From positions 16,988,001 through 17,052,000 of the forward strand of contig CM060731.1 in the NCBI GenBank assembly GCA_030704615.1: a stretch of DNA of 64,000 nucleotides. The letters run 5' to 3'. Each line of letters begins with the position of its first letter. Position 1 is the stretch's first letter. Both the position numbers and the translations under genes were made by a program. Source of the stretch: Takakia lepidozioides (Eukaryota; Plantae; Bryophyta). Under the pieces are notes generated by a model. It did no database searches. It had not been told where the DNA came from and was given only the letters and a program-made list of their open reading frames with translations. Shown piece by piece: positions 36,001 through 47,527 of this stretch.

Positions 36001-38427
36001 ACGGCATAGGAACATGTCATTGCCTATGCCTCAAGGAAGCTTGACAAACATGAGAAGAACTATTCTATAACTGACAAGGAGGGGTTGGCTTTGGTCTTTG
36101 GTGTGAAGCACTTAAGGCAGTATTTTCATGGCAACAAATTTATAGTACAAACTGATCATCTCCCTCTCAAGGCCTTGCTTCATCCTCGTGAATTGCATGG
36201 TAGATTGGCATGTTGGGCTATGTTATTACAGGAATTTGACCTTGACATCATCTATAAGAAAGACATTAATAAGAATTATAATGCTGTTGCTCTCACTCGA
36301 GTTGAACCGCATGTGGGTCAGCTATGGTTACCTAGGATGACTTGGCTGATCTTGACATGGGCTGTCCTAGGGAATCAGGCCCTATTCTGAATCTTTTATG
36401 TGCTGATCAGTAGTCTCTAGTTTTGTTTGATCCTACCAATTTGGAGATTTCATGGGGCTGGTCTAGCCTTTTGGATTATCATGGTTGAGTTCCTTGGTGC
36501 TAGTACGAGCAATAGATTTCTTGTATAGAGCCTTAGTAAGGGCTGATGTTTCCGTCCTTGTTCTCGCTTTTCATTTTCAGCCTTGGATCTGGTTTGGTGT
36601 GTCTATTGTCACATCACGTTAAATTTCCTTCCAGTAATACGCTTCTTGAATGCGAGCAATTGTCTTATTGATCCCAAGATGACATGCATACAAAGAAGAG
36701 TGAAAGCGTTCTAACAAAGTATCCATCTGGTTCCCTGGCGATACCTTTATGTAGCAAGGACTCCCATTCCTAGTACACGCCTTGATAAGCTGCCCATTCA
36801 TGTAGCGATGATTGTCAATGTTATAAAGCACTTGCTTTCTCAAATTCTCGGGAAACCCTACAGGTAAACGTTCATTCAGATCACATCGATGGAGTAGCGC
36901 TGCATGCAGCTGATTATCCATACAACACTGCACATAAGCGAGGTTCAATGGGTTTTAGCAAGGGAGTGATTGCCTCATGTTATCTCCAACCACTAAATCA
37001 TTATCGCATCTGAAACGGCTCATGGGAAGGGTAATCAAGCCTTAAAGCTCTGCCAAAATCCACACCTCCAAGTATGAGGCATGTGGCTCTAACCTTGCGC
37101 TTCCCAGGATGGGGGTCACTTTTGAGTTGCAACCTTTGCCTATGACACGTGCTTTTGCCCGTGTTGAGTTGGACTTGGTGGGGTCTCTCGCGCTCACATC
37201 AAAGGGACACAACTATCTTTGTCAACTATCTTTGTGTAGCTACAGAGTACTACTTGGCCAAGTGGGTAGAAGTCCATCATTTGGTTACCAAGGATTCTGA
37301 CACGGTTGCTCAATTTTTCTTTGATGAGATTGTGCTTAGGCATGGCTGTCTGCTTGAGATACTTACTGATCAAGGTAAAGAGTTCTGCAACCAACTCTTG
37401 ACTTATATGCTTCAACTTTGGCATCAAGCATGTAACTATAGACCCTTATCACCCTCAAACCACTGATTTGACTGAGCATTTCAAATTTCAATCAAACCTT
37501 ATGTCGAATGTTGGAGAAGAATGACACGCTTACAAAGGAGTCGGATATCTTCTTTCCCCCTTTCGTCTTTGCTAATCGCACTGCTGTTCATGCTAGCACA
37601 AGAAAGACACCATTTGAATTGCTTTATAGGCGGTAGTGTGTGTCTCATTTGCATGTTTCTTTGTTGATTTCAGCTGTTTCTGAATCTGTAGACTTGTCTA
37701 GTTTCTTGGATAGGTTGCATGCTTGTCACATGGTCTTGGTGACCGAGGCTAAGCTAATATAGTCTTGGCTTAAGAGATGCAGGCTAAGAATTTTAATAAG
37801 CGTGTTAGATATACAAATCAGTTTCAAGTGGGTCAGACAATGTGACTACGTCTTCGGCATGGCAAGCTTGCATGCAAGTCCAAGCTAAAAATCGACGGTC
37901 CCTATTTGTTATACAAGCTCATCCGGGGACGACGTGCATTGCTCTTGCCACAAGGTCATAATACTAAGACTCACGAGGAGTCGGTGGCACTTACAGATCT
38001 GATCCATTCGGAATTGGTCTTTGATTTGACTTGTATCAATGTAGAAGGCAGGACGGTGGAGCTTACTCCGCGAAGATCATGTGCTAAGGAGCCTTCTATT
38101 TTTTGAGACCTTGTTTTGGACTTAAAAGGATGATCTGGTTTTCTGCTTACCTTTGTAAATTCCGTGTTGACTTAGCTGAATTTCTTATCCTCTAGTTTTC
38201 CTTTGGTTCACATGATCATTATCTAGAATTCTTGTAGTTCAGAATTTTAGCTAGTGTAGCATGGTGTTTCAACATGTTCATTGCGTAAGGTTTTCCTCCT
38301 CATGGATTTTGTCCCACTGGTTTTTCCATGAGAGGTTTTTCACCCTGCGACGACGAGGAACACCATGGCAGGGTGATTTCCTTGTATTTTACCTTGCGGG
38401 AGCTCGGGTTTTCAAGGGGGGGGGGGA
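33100..38427 (+). mobile_element. Old degenerate Ty3/gypsy element (copy C, different family) with a dUTPase-like domain between protease and RT
   Basis: Zn-knuckle relic at ~33815-33865; protease VIDTGC at ~34115; ALKH..AANGVIDRGYNEEVKLIVANH..F..TIKNGQILA at 34640-34770; RT (LCVDFRRLN, LDLVSGFWQV, YIDN); RNase H (IAYASRKL, QTDHLPLK); integrase core (LDLVG, ILTDQGKEF); G-run PPT at 38415-38427. No LTRs recognised. Confidence 0.85.
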
Positions 38428-38441
38428 CATCTTCACATATA

Positions 38442-38560
38442 TGATGCCCCATAATCCCTTAGCCTTATAATCTGCTTTATCTATTATGTATCTGTCAGAG
38501 TTCATCCTCAGCATTTAGTGGAGGACAACGTTTGAGCCGTTATACCTTGCTTGGCCCATA
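38442..38560 (+). repeat. Short second copy of the MULE-like sequence that begins at 14677
   Basis: tgatgccccataatccc(c/t)tagcctta(g/t)aatctgctttatc...gagcc..tt.taccttg..tggccca is shared by both sites. Confidence 0.8.
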
Positions 38561-40040
38561 AGGTATATAGCTAACTTGTGTAAAGCTGGCTGCATCCCAG
38601 CTTTTCGTGATTCAATGGCCAGCCTGGTGTATTGGTGTTGCTATAGATCTGTGGATGTGGTGTTTCTTTGGCATGCTTGACATTGGCGACGCTCTGTATC
38701 GTTCCTCTACGTGTCCGTCTGTTTCTGCCATAGCATTGCATGCTATTTCCTGAGCTACGCCCTTAAATTGTGCCTTGCGAGGAAAGGAGAACCTCATCCA
38801 GGCACAAAACCCGTCTTCAAGGCTCAGACTCATTGCTTTCAGAGGGATAATTGTTAGTGGTGCTGTCTCAAAGTAGGTCATACTGAAGTTTTTGAGAATC
38901 CAGGAGTTGATGTTTAGTGTCAACAGTATGATAGGCTTGATGCACAGGTTGTAACAATGTTACTGGCTAGTAACATCTTCATTTTCATGACCTTTAACAG
39001 TTGCATTTCGTTAGGGAGGCAAGGCTTATGGTCGCAGCCTTTTTTCCAAGACAGACTTGTAGTCTTGATCTTTTGTGTGAAGAGTTTTAACCATCAACAT
39101 TCAATGGCGTAGGCTTACCATCGTGGAATTGTTTTCCTCTTCAGACAACAGAATCATACTTGTTAAACATGAGCTTGGAGGCACCAGTTTTCAGGATGCT
39201 GGGGTTGCGGTGGCACACTTTGCTTTGCTAGCTTGCAAAACATCTCTTGCAGGAGGTACAAGAGACTCATAATACCTAATATTAGGTGACCTTATAGTTC
39301 TCAAGGTAAGTTATGGTCCTAATGCTGCAGCAACAAAGGTACTGAAATGAAGGGAGTTGAAGTACATCACTCATAATCCCACTTCCATAAGGTTCGCGTT
39401 GTTGGGAACCTATCCTCCTTCCTGGTTTGAGTTCATGCATCTAACTTTCCTTGTTGTATCATATCTCCTCTTTCATCTTCAATCTCCTCATTGTGTTTGT
39501 TGCTTCAGGACCCTCCCATGCCTATACGATTTGTGATGTTGGGTGTATGAACCCCTCTTAATCTTCTACATCCTCATTTCTATTTGCTGCTTCAGGAAAC
39601 TGTGTGTGGTGTTCTATAACTTACTCTTCTACCTAATGTTGTGGCTCTGCTTCAGCGATGTCCCTGGAATGTAATTTGGAAGATTGTCACTAGAAAGAAA
39701 AATGGAAAACTTATTTCCTCTGCCATCTTTGTAATCATGTGAGCTGTTCACCGACCGCTGGGGGCAGCTAAATTGCAACATCCAATCCCAAACCCATGGA
39801 AACGTCACTTCTCTAGCAAACGATAGAGAAGTGAAAGCATATACCTTCAAATTCAAGTGTCAATGCTCCTCGTCTACGTGCTGCATAGCCCAAGGCTTTT
39901 GCTAATTCATGTAACTTTCACTCAATCTACTTGCTGAGTAGGCTCAGGCTTTCCATAATTCACTGGAGCCCAGTGCCAGCTGAGCAGTATTGACCAACCT
40001 TTCATATCTTTTAAACCACCGCTTAGCCATACCTGCCAAG

Positions 40041-43000
40041 TCAGAGAAGCTCGCCAGAGAGTCGTTGCAGGAAGCACTGCTCTAGGGAGGCCACATGGGC
40101 GTGCCGTATGGAGGGTGGATTGTGCACGTTGAGCGCTGGCTGCTGGAGCAAAGCTATCAAGGCACTGACACGTTCCTCGTCCCCACTTTTGGCATGCATG
40201 GAGACCAGCAGCTCCAGTATTGGGACCTGAACCATTGCAAACCAGATAAGGTGTTTTTATTTGTTCAAAGGCTGTTTCAGACATCTTCCTGAGAGAGGAG
40301 GAATAGCGCATGATGCAGAGAAGGCTCCAGCATTTGAGTTCCGATTCAAAAGGTGATTTTTAATATCACGGACCTATTCCAGTCACCAAAGTTTCAAATA
40401 AGGGAGTCAAGCAAGCTCTATTGCTACTTGAGTCAGTATGAGTGATAAGATTCTGCCACTCTCTTGCCGAACAGGATATTTGACATACCTCCCAGATACA
40501 CTCAAAGTAGGCAGCAGCGTCGCGGTCAGCAACAAGGGAAACCTCTTGCAAAATGCGGAACGCAGACTCATGGTCAGGCACTGGTAAACACTGGCATAGC
40601 ACCGCTGCCTGCACACCTGCCCCTATTGCTCGGCATGCTGCCACCATCCTCCTTATCTGTTAAGCCAGCCCCCAGAGTATCAATCAGTCGTCGTTGCTGA
40701 GACAGAACCTCTACACTCCCGGGGTGTCAATCAAGATTCAAGGCCTGCAATGTGATAGCTTGAAGTGCTGACCAGAAATGATCAGAGCAGTCAGACTAAT
40801 CTTCCTCCGGGTTCGAGTGCAGAACCGAGGTAAAAACATGTGCAAGGTTTGGGACATCCACTATCCATTTGGACTGAGCAGTGTGAGTAGACATACACAG
40901 TCTGTACAGAAGAGGAGGGTGAAGTGGAAGTTTCTAGAGCAAAGCTTGTGAGCAAGGACGCCTCTGTTAACGACCTCAATTTACTATTCATTTCTTCACA
41001 TGATGACAATCCTCTGTAGTTTGCAAGTACTCAGCTAACTTACCACCCAGGGAGTGAAAATGTCACGAGGCATGGAGGAGGCTCGATCACAATAATTCGC
41101 ACTTCTGATCGCCCCAGCCTGCACAAAATTGAACTTAAGTAATAGTCCATCATCAGCAGTTGGTCGCTCCAATACAAGGTTTCAAACTTTTGAACTTAAA
41201 AACCCTTGCCATCCATGTGACAGTTGTTGCTAGATATGGAGATTGTGACACCCTATTACCACTCAAACATCTCATTCGACTGTCCACCCAAGCGTTCGAG
41301 CATGAAGAGAGAGATGATTCAGAGCACAGTCAGTGTAAATAAGAGCATCTTCCCCTTGCAGGTTACTGCCCCCTTTCGGCGGTGGGGGGGGGACAGTGTT
41401 CTTAGGTACTGATTGTCACTGAAAAAAAAACTAGAGAGCTTCAGAACAATGTTTCTGCCACCCAAGACAATAATTAGACTGTTATAGGCTTATAATTTAT
41501 ACCAACTCAAGAACATTGGAGGGAATTTATCACCAGCATCAGGCTTCACTGTACAGGGAAGAATATCCTAACTATGTTGCTCCGTGATTAGAACTGGCAA
41601 CTATTTCAAGCTGTCATACAGTCTTCGAAGCATTAGATGGTTACTTACTTCCACAAAGTCCCTCAAGCTGTTCGCACTCTCTAGGATATGAACTACTGCC
41701 AGCGTAATCCAAAGCTCCCTTCTCCAGAAAACAGCCTGTAAGGTATCAACCAGTTCAATACAGCAGACAGAAATGGGTCACCTGCAAATAGAGTTGAAGG
41801 GCCTTAACATAGGCCTCATCTTCAAATGCCAGATCAGCAAGACCTTGGAGCCAGCGATGGCCCTTCTCCTTATCTCCTTCCACCACTCCAGGAAGTGCAA
41901 CAATCACTTCCAGCAATACTCCAAACAAATCCCGTCCAAATTCAGGTGAAACCCTTGGAGGGACAGGTCGGTAGACAGATGCTGCATGAGGAAGTGAGCC
42001 TAGAGGAGGAGGTAGAGAGGCCGCTGCTGTGACACCGGCAAGCACTCCATACCTTTCAACTGCAAGAGCCCATGGTGTGAGCCCTGCTGCATGACACCTG
42101 TGGAGCCACCCAGCCATCAAGCTTGCTAGGCTCACTAGCACTCGGGAATTTGACACTTGTGGAATGAGGGGCACTGCCTCGGCTCCTGGGTAAGCGGGTG
42201 GTGGTGCTATCTGCCCACTCTGATTCACCCGTGAATGAACTGAATCATCTCCCCCCTGTGATTGACCATCCACTTCCACACCAACCAACAAGCACATGAA
42301 GTCCTCAAAGAGTTGCCACATGGTCGATCCCATTCGTGCCACATCCTCATTGAAATGGTTGCGAGCTGTGGCAGCCTACAGGGATAAGAAATTTACTACT
42401 TTGATCAGGTGCAACCCAATAAAGTCCATAGAGAAGAAATCAGGGAAAAAACTACTTTTAACTTGTTTGCAATAAGAAAGAAACTAAGGTGCAGATCTAA
42501 AGTTTGTGGCATCTTTTTATTCTTTCACACCAGGGGTTTAAGTGGAAGCCCAGTACCTGCAGAGCACTACAAAGCTGCATTAAGTCGGCCAGTGCTGTTG
42601 CTACCTTCAGTGTTTGTGTAAACCTCTTGTGCATTGTCTGGGTGCCCATACCTTGCCCCTTCCCAAATCCCTGCAAAGAACCTTCACAACTTTTCCCTTC
42701 CACGGCCACTGAGTTCTTTGCCATTGATGCCCCCCACTGACAGACCTCCGACAGATCATTCCATAGTTCCTTCTCAATCAAACAGAGTATAGCATATTCT
42801 ACCAAGCCAAAGTTCAGTGACACCCCCTTATTCTCCTCTCGTAAAAGCAACCTAGCAGGACGGTTAATCTCTCCTTGGCTATCCTGCTGCGGGTTGACCT
42901 TCTCGAGCAGCCACAACATCAGAGAACTATCATAATCTTTGGGATGGGTCAGCCAAGCCAGCTCATATAACCTTTTAGCAGTATTAGGTTGCTTTCTACT

Positions 43001-46000
43001 GTCCAGGGCATTGAAAGCTCGCCGACACAAAAGGGCTGCCACATGAGCAGGGAATGTAGTCAATTTGGCACTGCAAGCTCTGGCATCTGCTGACTCGCAT
43101 TTGTTTCTGAGTCTTTCCCAAGAGCTTCTCTCTTTGCTAAGCATTATATGCCCATTCAAGGGTGATCTGAGATCCTCATAAACTTGACTCTCCCCTTCCT
43201 TTGTACAAGGGCGTACAAGAGCTGAGCTCTGTTGCATCCTACCAAGCATACATTTAACTATTTCGGATTCAGAGTTGGCTCGTACATCAGTGGCATGATC
43301 TGTTCTCTTAGCCTCAAGGACAAGAGCCTCAATTTCACCAAGGCTCTCAGCATGCAGAAGACCACACAATATCACTTCTTCCAAAGCAAAGTCTGGAAGC
43401 TGTTGCTGTTGTTGGCCTTCCTTTGAAGAATGTTTCAAAATTGCAAATTGATCAAGCTCATTGGGATCTTCAGTCCGTACAACCTCGTGGCCGGGGGTTT
43501 CAACTTGGCAGACTGGCTCCAGAGGTCTGCAATCAACAATAGGAGATGAACCTGTAGGTTTGGGTACAGGGCCAGCAATTCCTGAATTGAGGATGGGCAT
43601 CTCAGGAACTTGGGCAGCAATCCTTGGAATATCTGTTGGCCTAATGAGGCTGTTTTTAACAGCAGATTCCCAGCACCATTCTTGATCCAAAACACAGCAC
43701 ACATATAGCGCAAGTTCGCAGATAAGCGAGGCCATAGACTGGCCATCAAACACCTTCTTTGCTTCAGTAAACTTCCTTTTCAGTCCTTGGATTTGTGCCT
43801 GCCCATTGTAAGTTGGGTCTGCCCCAATACCGGCATCACTACCCCCTGCAATCGTATGGCATTTCAACTTCACTGCAGCCATGAGGCCCATGAGAAAATC
43901 GACCCCCTGTTTGCTGTTCTGAAATGCCTCGCTGACCCTGAGAAAAATCTGGATGGGCTCTCCCTCCAGAATGCGTCTTACCACATTGCATGCTATGAGC
44001 TGGCAGCGCATAGAGACGGGGATGAGAGGATCTCTCTCCAGTGAAAGTCGGTAACCCCACAGTAAAAGACCTTGAAGAGTATCATTCGCTACAGTCTGAA
44101 CCACACTCTTGCCAATATCCCCTGTTGCAGCTAAGCTTAGGTTGGCATCATCAGATAAAAAATTATCCTCTTCAGAAACTCCCTTCGGCTGCACACAAAA
44201 ATCTACCTCTTGTCCAAAGTGCTTAATCTCTCTGAAGTTTTCCCTCATGTCTGATTTTTGTTTCACTGTGTTCCTCCTCTCCTTGCTTCTAACTAGCTCG
44301 TAATTGATGGATTCCGAAGTGGTTTGCTGGGAGACAACTAAGTTCACATCTGTGCCGTCAATTTCCACTTCATTAGAAGTTCCTTCTGCCAAGCTTGGTA
44401 GGGCCTTACTGGTCTTGACACCGTGACCCTCACTGGGACCTACTCGAACGCCAGGGTCATCCAATGCTTCCTTAGTACCCTCAAATCCAAGCCCTTGACC
44501 AGGCTCTTCTCTCTCTGTATGCTCCACTTCCTGCACACTTCCTTCAGCAAGGCTAAGTACTTTGACCCTCTTATTCCCACGCTGAGCGATGCTACAATCA
44601 TCCATCGTCACTGTCCGCTCTGTGTTTTCTCCTATATTACGCTTGCCATTTGTCCCTGCCTTTTCCACTTCTGCTTTGAAGAATTCAGCTTCTCGTAACA
44701 CCGCATTGGAGGCAATGGCAGGTGGCAGCATGTCATCCTTGGCTGAGGTGACCAGTAGTGACAGAATGTCCTGCATATCTCTCCTTGCATACCACCTCTG
44801 CTGTTCACAGGCTATGACAGACCATTGAGCTGGAGATGGAGTGCCAAGGATGGGCAAAGGAGGGTCATGGAATCCGATACCGTCTCGAAATTGTCTCCTT
44901 TTCTTCCCATGGCTTGGGCCTGCTTGTGTACCCAGAAGCATCCGGCAGGCTATGATAAAACCAGACAGCCTAGCCCTTGCTACGGGAGATGCTGGCTGTA
45001 AGCCACCCATGCACTCAGATTTTCTAGAATCTAGGGCCGAGCATGGACCTGCTTGATTCTCAGCCTCAGCTGGAAATTTCTCAGAATCGTAAAGGGACTC
45101 TAGCAACACCCCACAACTAGTGAAGAATTCATGAGCTCTCTGAATCCTTCCCCTCATGAAATGCACCTCAGCAACATCCAACATAACTTGGCACCTGTAG
45201 GAGGACAACCATCGGTTGAACAATCAATCATTTATACACATACTACAATGTGACTCAACGTTTGGTGCCGGTTAGCCCACAGATGGATGTAACACTTATT
45301 GAGTCAGACCTCAGCTGCTGCTAAACACAGGTCAGCAAATATGCATTGCTAAGGATGCACCTAAGGCCCAAAACCTACCATGGGGGTGCCTGAAATCCTC
45401 CACAATGCCACTGCATTGCACTGGTGTGCACGACGCAATGGGTAGATTAACCAGGCCCATCTCCCTCCAGTTTGTGGGCCTATGTATGTTTGCAACTCGT
45501 CAGCGCAAAACTTACAGTCAATAGCTGCTCAGCAAAGACTCACTAACCGGTAATCCTTGCTCATGAAGCTTCCTACTGGTTCCCGATTATGAACAAATTT
45601 GTTGGCGCTGTGTTGGATCTCCTCTTTCTGTAAAATAACCGAGTCTGTCAACCCAATATCAGTGATCATTGGGTCACACTGTCCATTTGCAACAGCAGAA
45701 TCCAAACTCATGGGTTCTGCTACCCCCTGCAGGACAGCCTCTTCATCTTCCCTCAAGACCCTCTCCAAAAACTCAACCGATGGCCTTTCCTCCTCCACAC
45801 AAGCATCCCCTTCCATGCCACTGCCACCTCCCCCACACACAAGTGGACACCTGCTTGCATTCCCAGAGGGCTTGAACAAATCAGCCAGGTCCTCTCCTTT
45901 TAGACATGCACCTGACCGCAACCCAGGAAAAACATTATTTGAAGCAGCTGATCCCAAAGGATGTGATTGCAAAGAACTCCGCAGGATCCAGCGGTGAAGA

Positions 46001-47135
46001 TTACATTCATGTATCCTGTGACTGATTTTGTCATGCTTTACCAAGGCCTTCAGCAGCATGAACTGATGTTGCTGTGAGACAATAGAACTCTCAATCTCAA
46101 CTAGCGAAAGCTTTGCTGCCACTGCCACTCTTGCAGCTCTCTCACAAAGCAAGGCCGCCGTTCTTCCTGCCATTTTGCTTGTACCCTGCGATACCCCTTG
46201 CACCTGAGATGGCTGCAGGACCATTTTTGGTTCCAACCAGATCAAGTACAGATGAGAAGGCTTTACTTACAGTACTAATTTATAGCAGATAACAAGGGTC
46301 AACAAAATGCTCACTGTCCATCGTCAGGTGAGCTACTGAAACATTATTTTTCTTGTCAATGAACGTAGAATCTTCTACAGCAGCTTTGTTCATATTTAGG
46401 TAGGCTGCTAGTGATGCATGTTCCGCGATCTGTGCCTACATGGCTTGGCGGTGCAGACCACTAAGTTCAAAACCAACCATGGTGAATTGTAGTCTTTGAA
46501 ATAGGAAATCTCCGTTCAAACCTCGGCTTTCTAGCTCTTATAGATTTGACCCCTTCGTCCTAAGAACATCTTCGTTCACAAACTTGGTTCTTTACAGCTG
46601 ATTCCTCTGAAGAGGAATCAGCCTACTTAACTACGAACTTTTCGGGAATCAAAAGAGCCTCAGACCGGTGAATCCAGGGAAGCATATCTGCATCGCAACC
46701 TCATCCAATCGAAGAAAAACTGCAATCTTGACTATTACATGATCACCCTTCGGCTCATAGGTAGTAAGGTCACCAAAAAAACCCACACTTCATGAAACAA
46801 TATGAAACTCGCCCAATTCTCAAACCTAGCTAATTTTTTCCGTAATCCATCTCTCCTATACGACAATGACAGAATACACGGCAAGCAAAGAGAATCCCTA
46901 CCCCATCTTTGGCAAGACTAGATGTAGAGCTCCCGTGGGCAGACTTGTAATTTACTAACGCCTGCTCCAAGAACATTGCAATGAGATCCGCAGGCGCAGG
47001 GCTGGCCGCCTGCCCTTCGGCCAGTGCGACCAGATGTTGCTCAAGCATTTCAGGAAGCAAGATATAATCGATCCATAGCGAAGTTGCAGCCCCCGCATCC
47101 CCTCGAGGGCCCCGGTCCCTGTCCCTGTCCGCCAT
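40041..47135 (-). CDS. INTS8: Integrator complex subunit 8 homologue, 7 exons (47135-46902, 46203-45548, 45194-42557, 42375-41782, 41118-41044, 40656-40489, 40226-40041), about 1516 aa
   Basis: All six introns are GT-AG and phase-compatible. The N-terminus LWIDYILLPEMLEQHL...PAPADLIAMFLEQA resembles INTS8 WFEFLL...LEKHL...PAPVQLIVQFLEQA. The C-terminus WLQGLADLAF...ALQLYLQAGAIRS...QAAVLCQCL..PDHESAFRILQE...YFECIWEVPILELL...LN..NP parallels the INTS8 C-terminal block. Confidence 0.88.
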
Positions 47136-47527
47136 CACCGTCTCACCACCCACCCACCATCATCCTCAGGTCGATTCTTCTAGCTTCTCGCTGCCCTGCG
47201 TCCGCCATAGCTCTAGCCGAGCACCAGACAACGTTACGCTACCAAATGACGAACGGCGAATGGTAATGTGAATCGTTCGTCAGGAAATGAACTCTCCGTT
47301 ACCCATCAAACATGATGCAATGGAGTCCTCAACTCGGACTGCTCCACACTGGCCTTCGTCCCTCCTTCAGCGTTTTTTAAAGGGATCTCCCTTGCTGAAA
47401 CATTCAGAAAGATGTGGGCTGTCTCTCATCAAATGACAATACTGCATTTCATTAAGAACGTGTAAGCTGTTTTATCGGGGGAGGGGGGCAGTAGGTGAGC
47501 AAGGAGGTCACCTGGTGGGGGACATCA

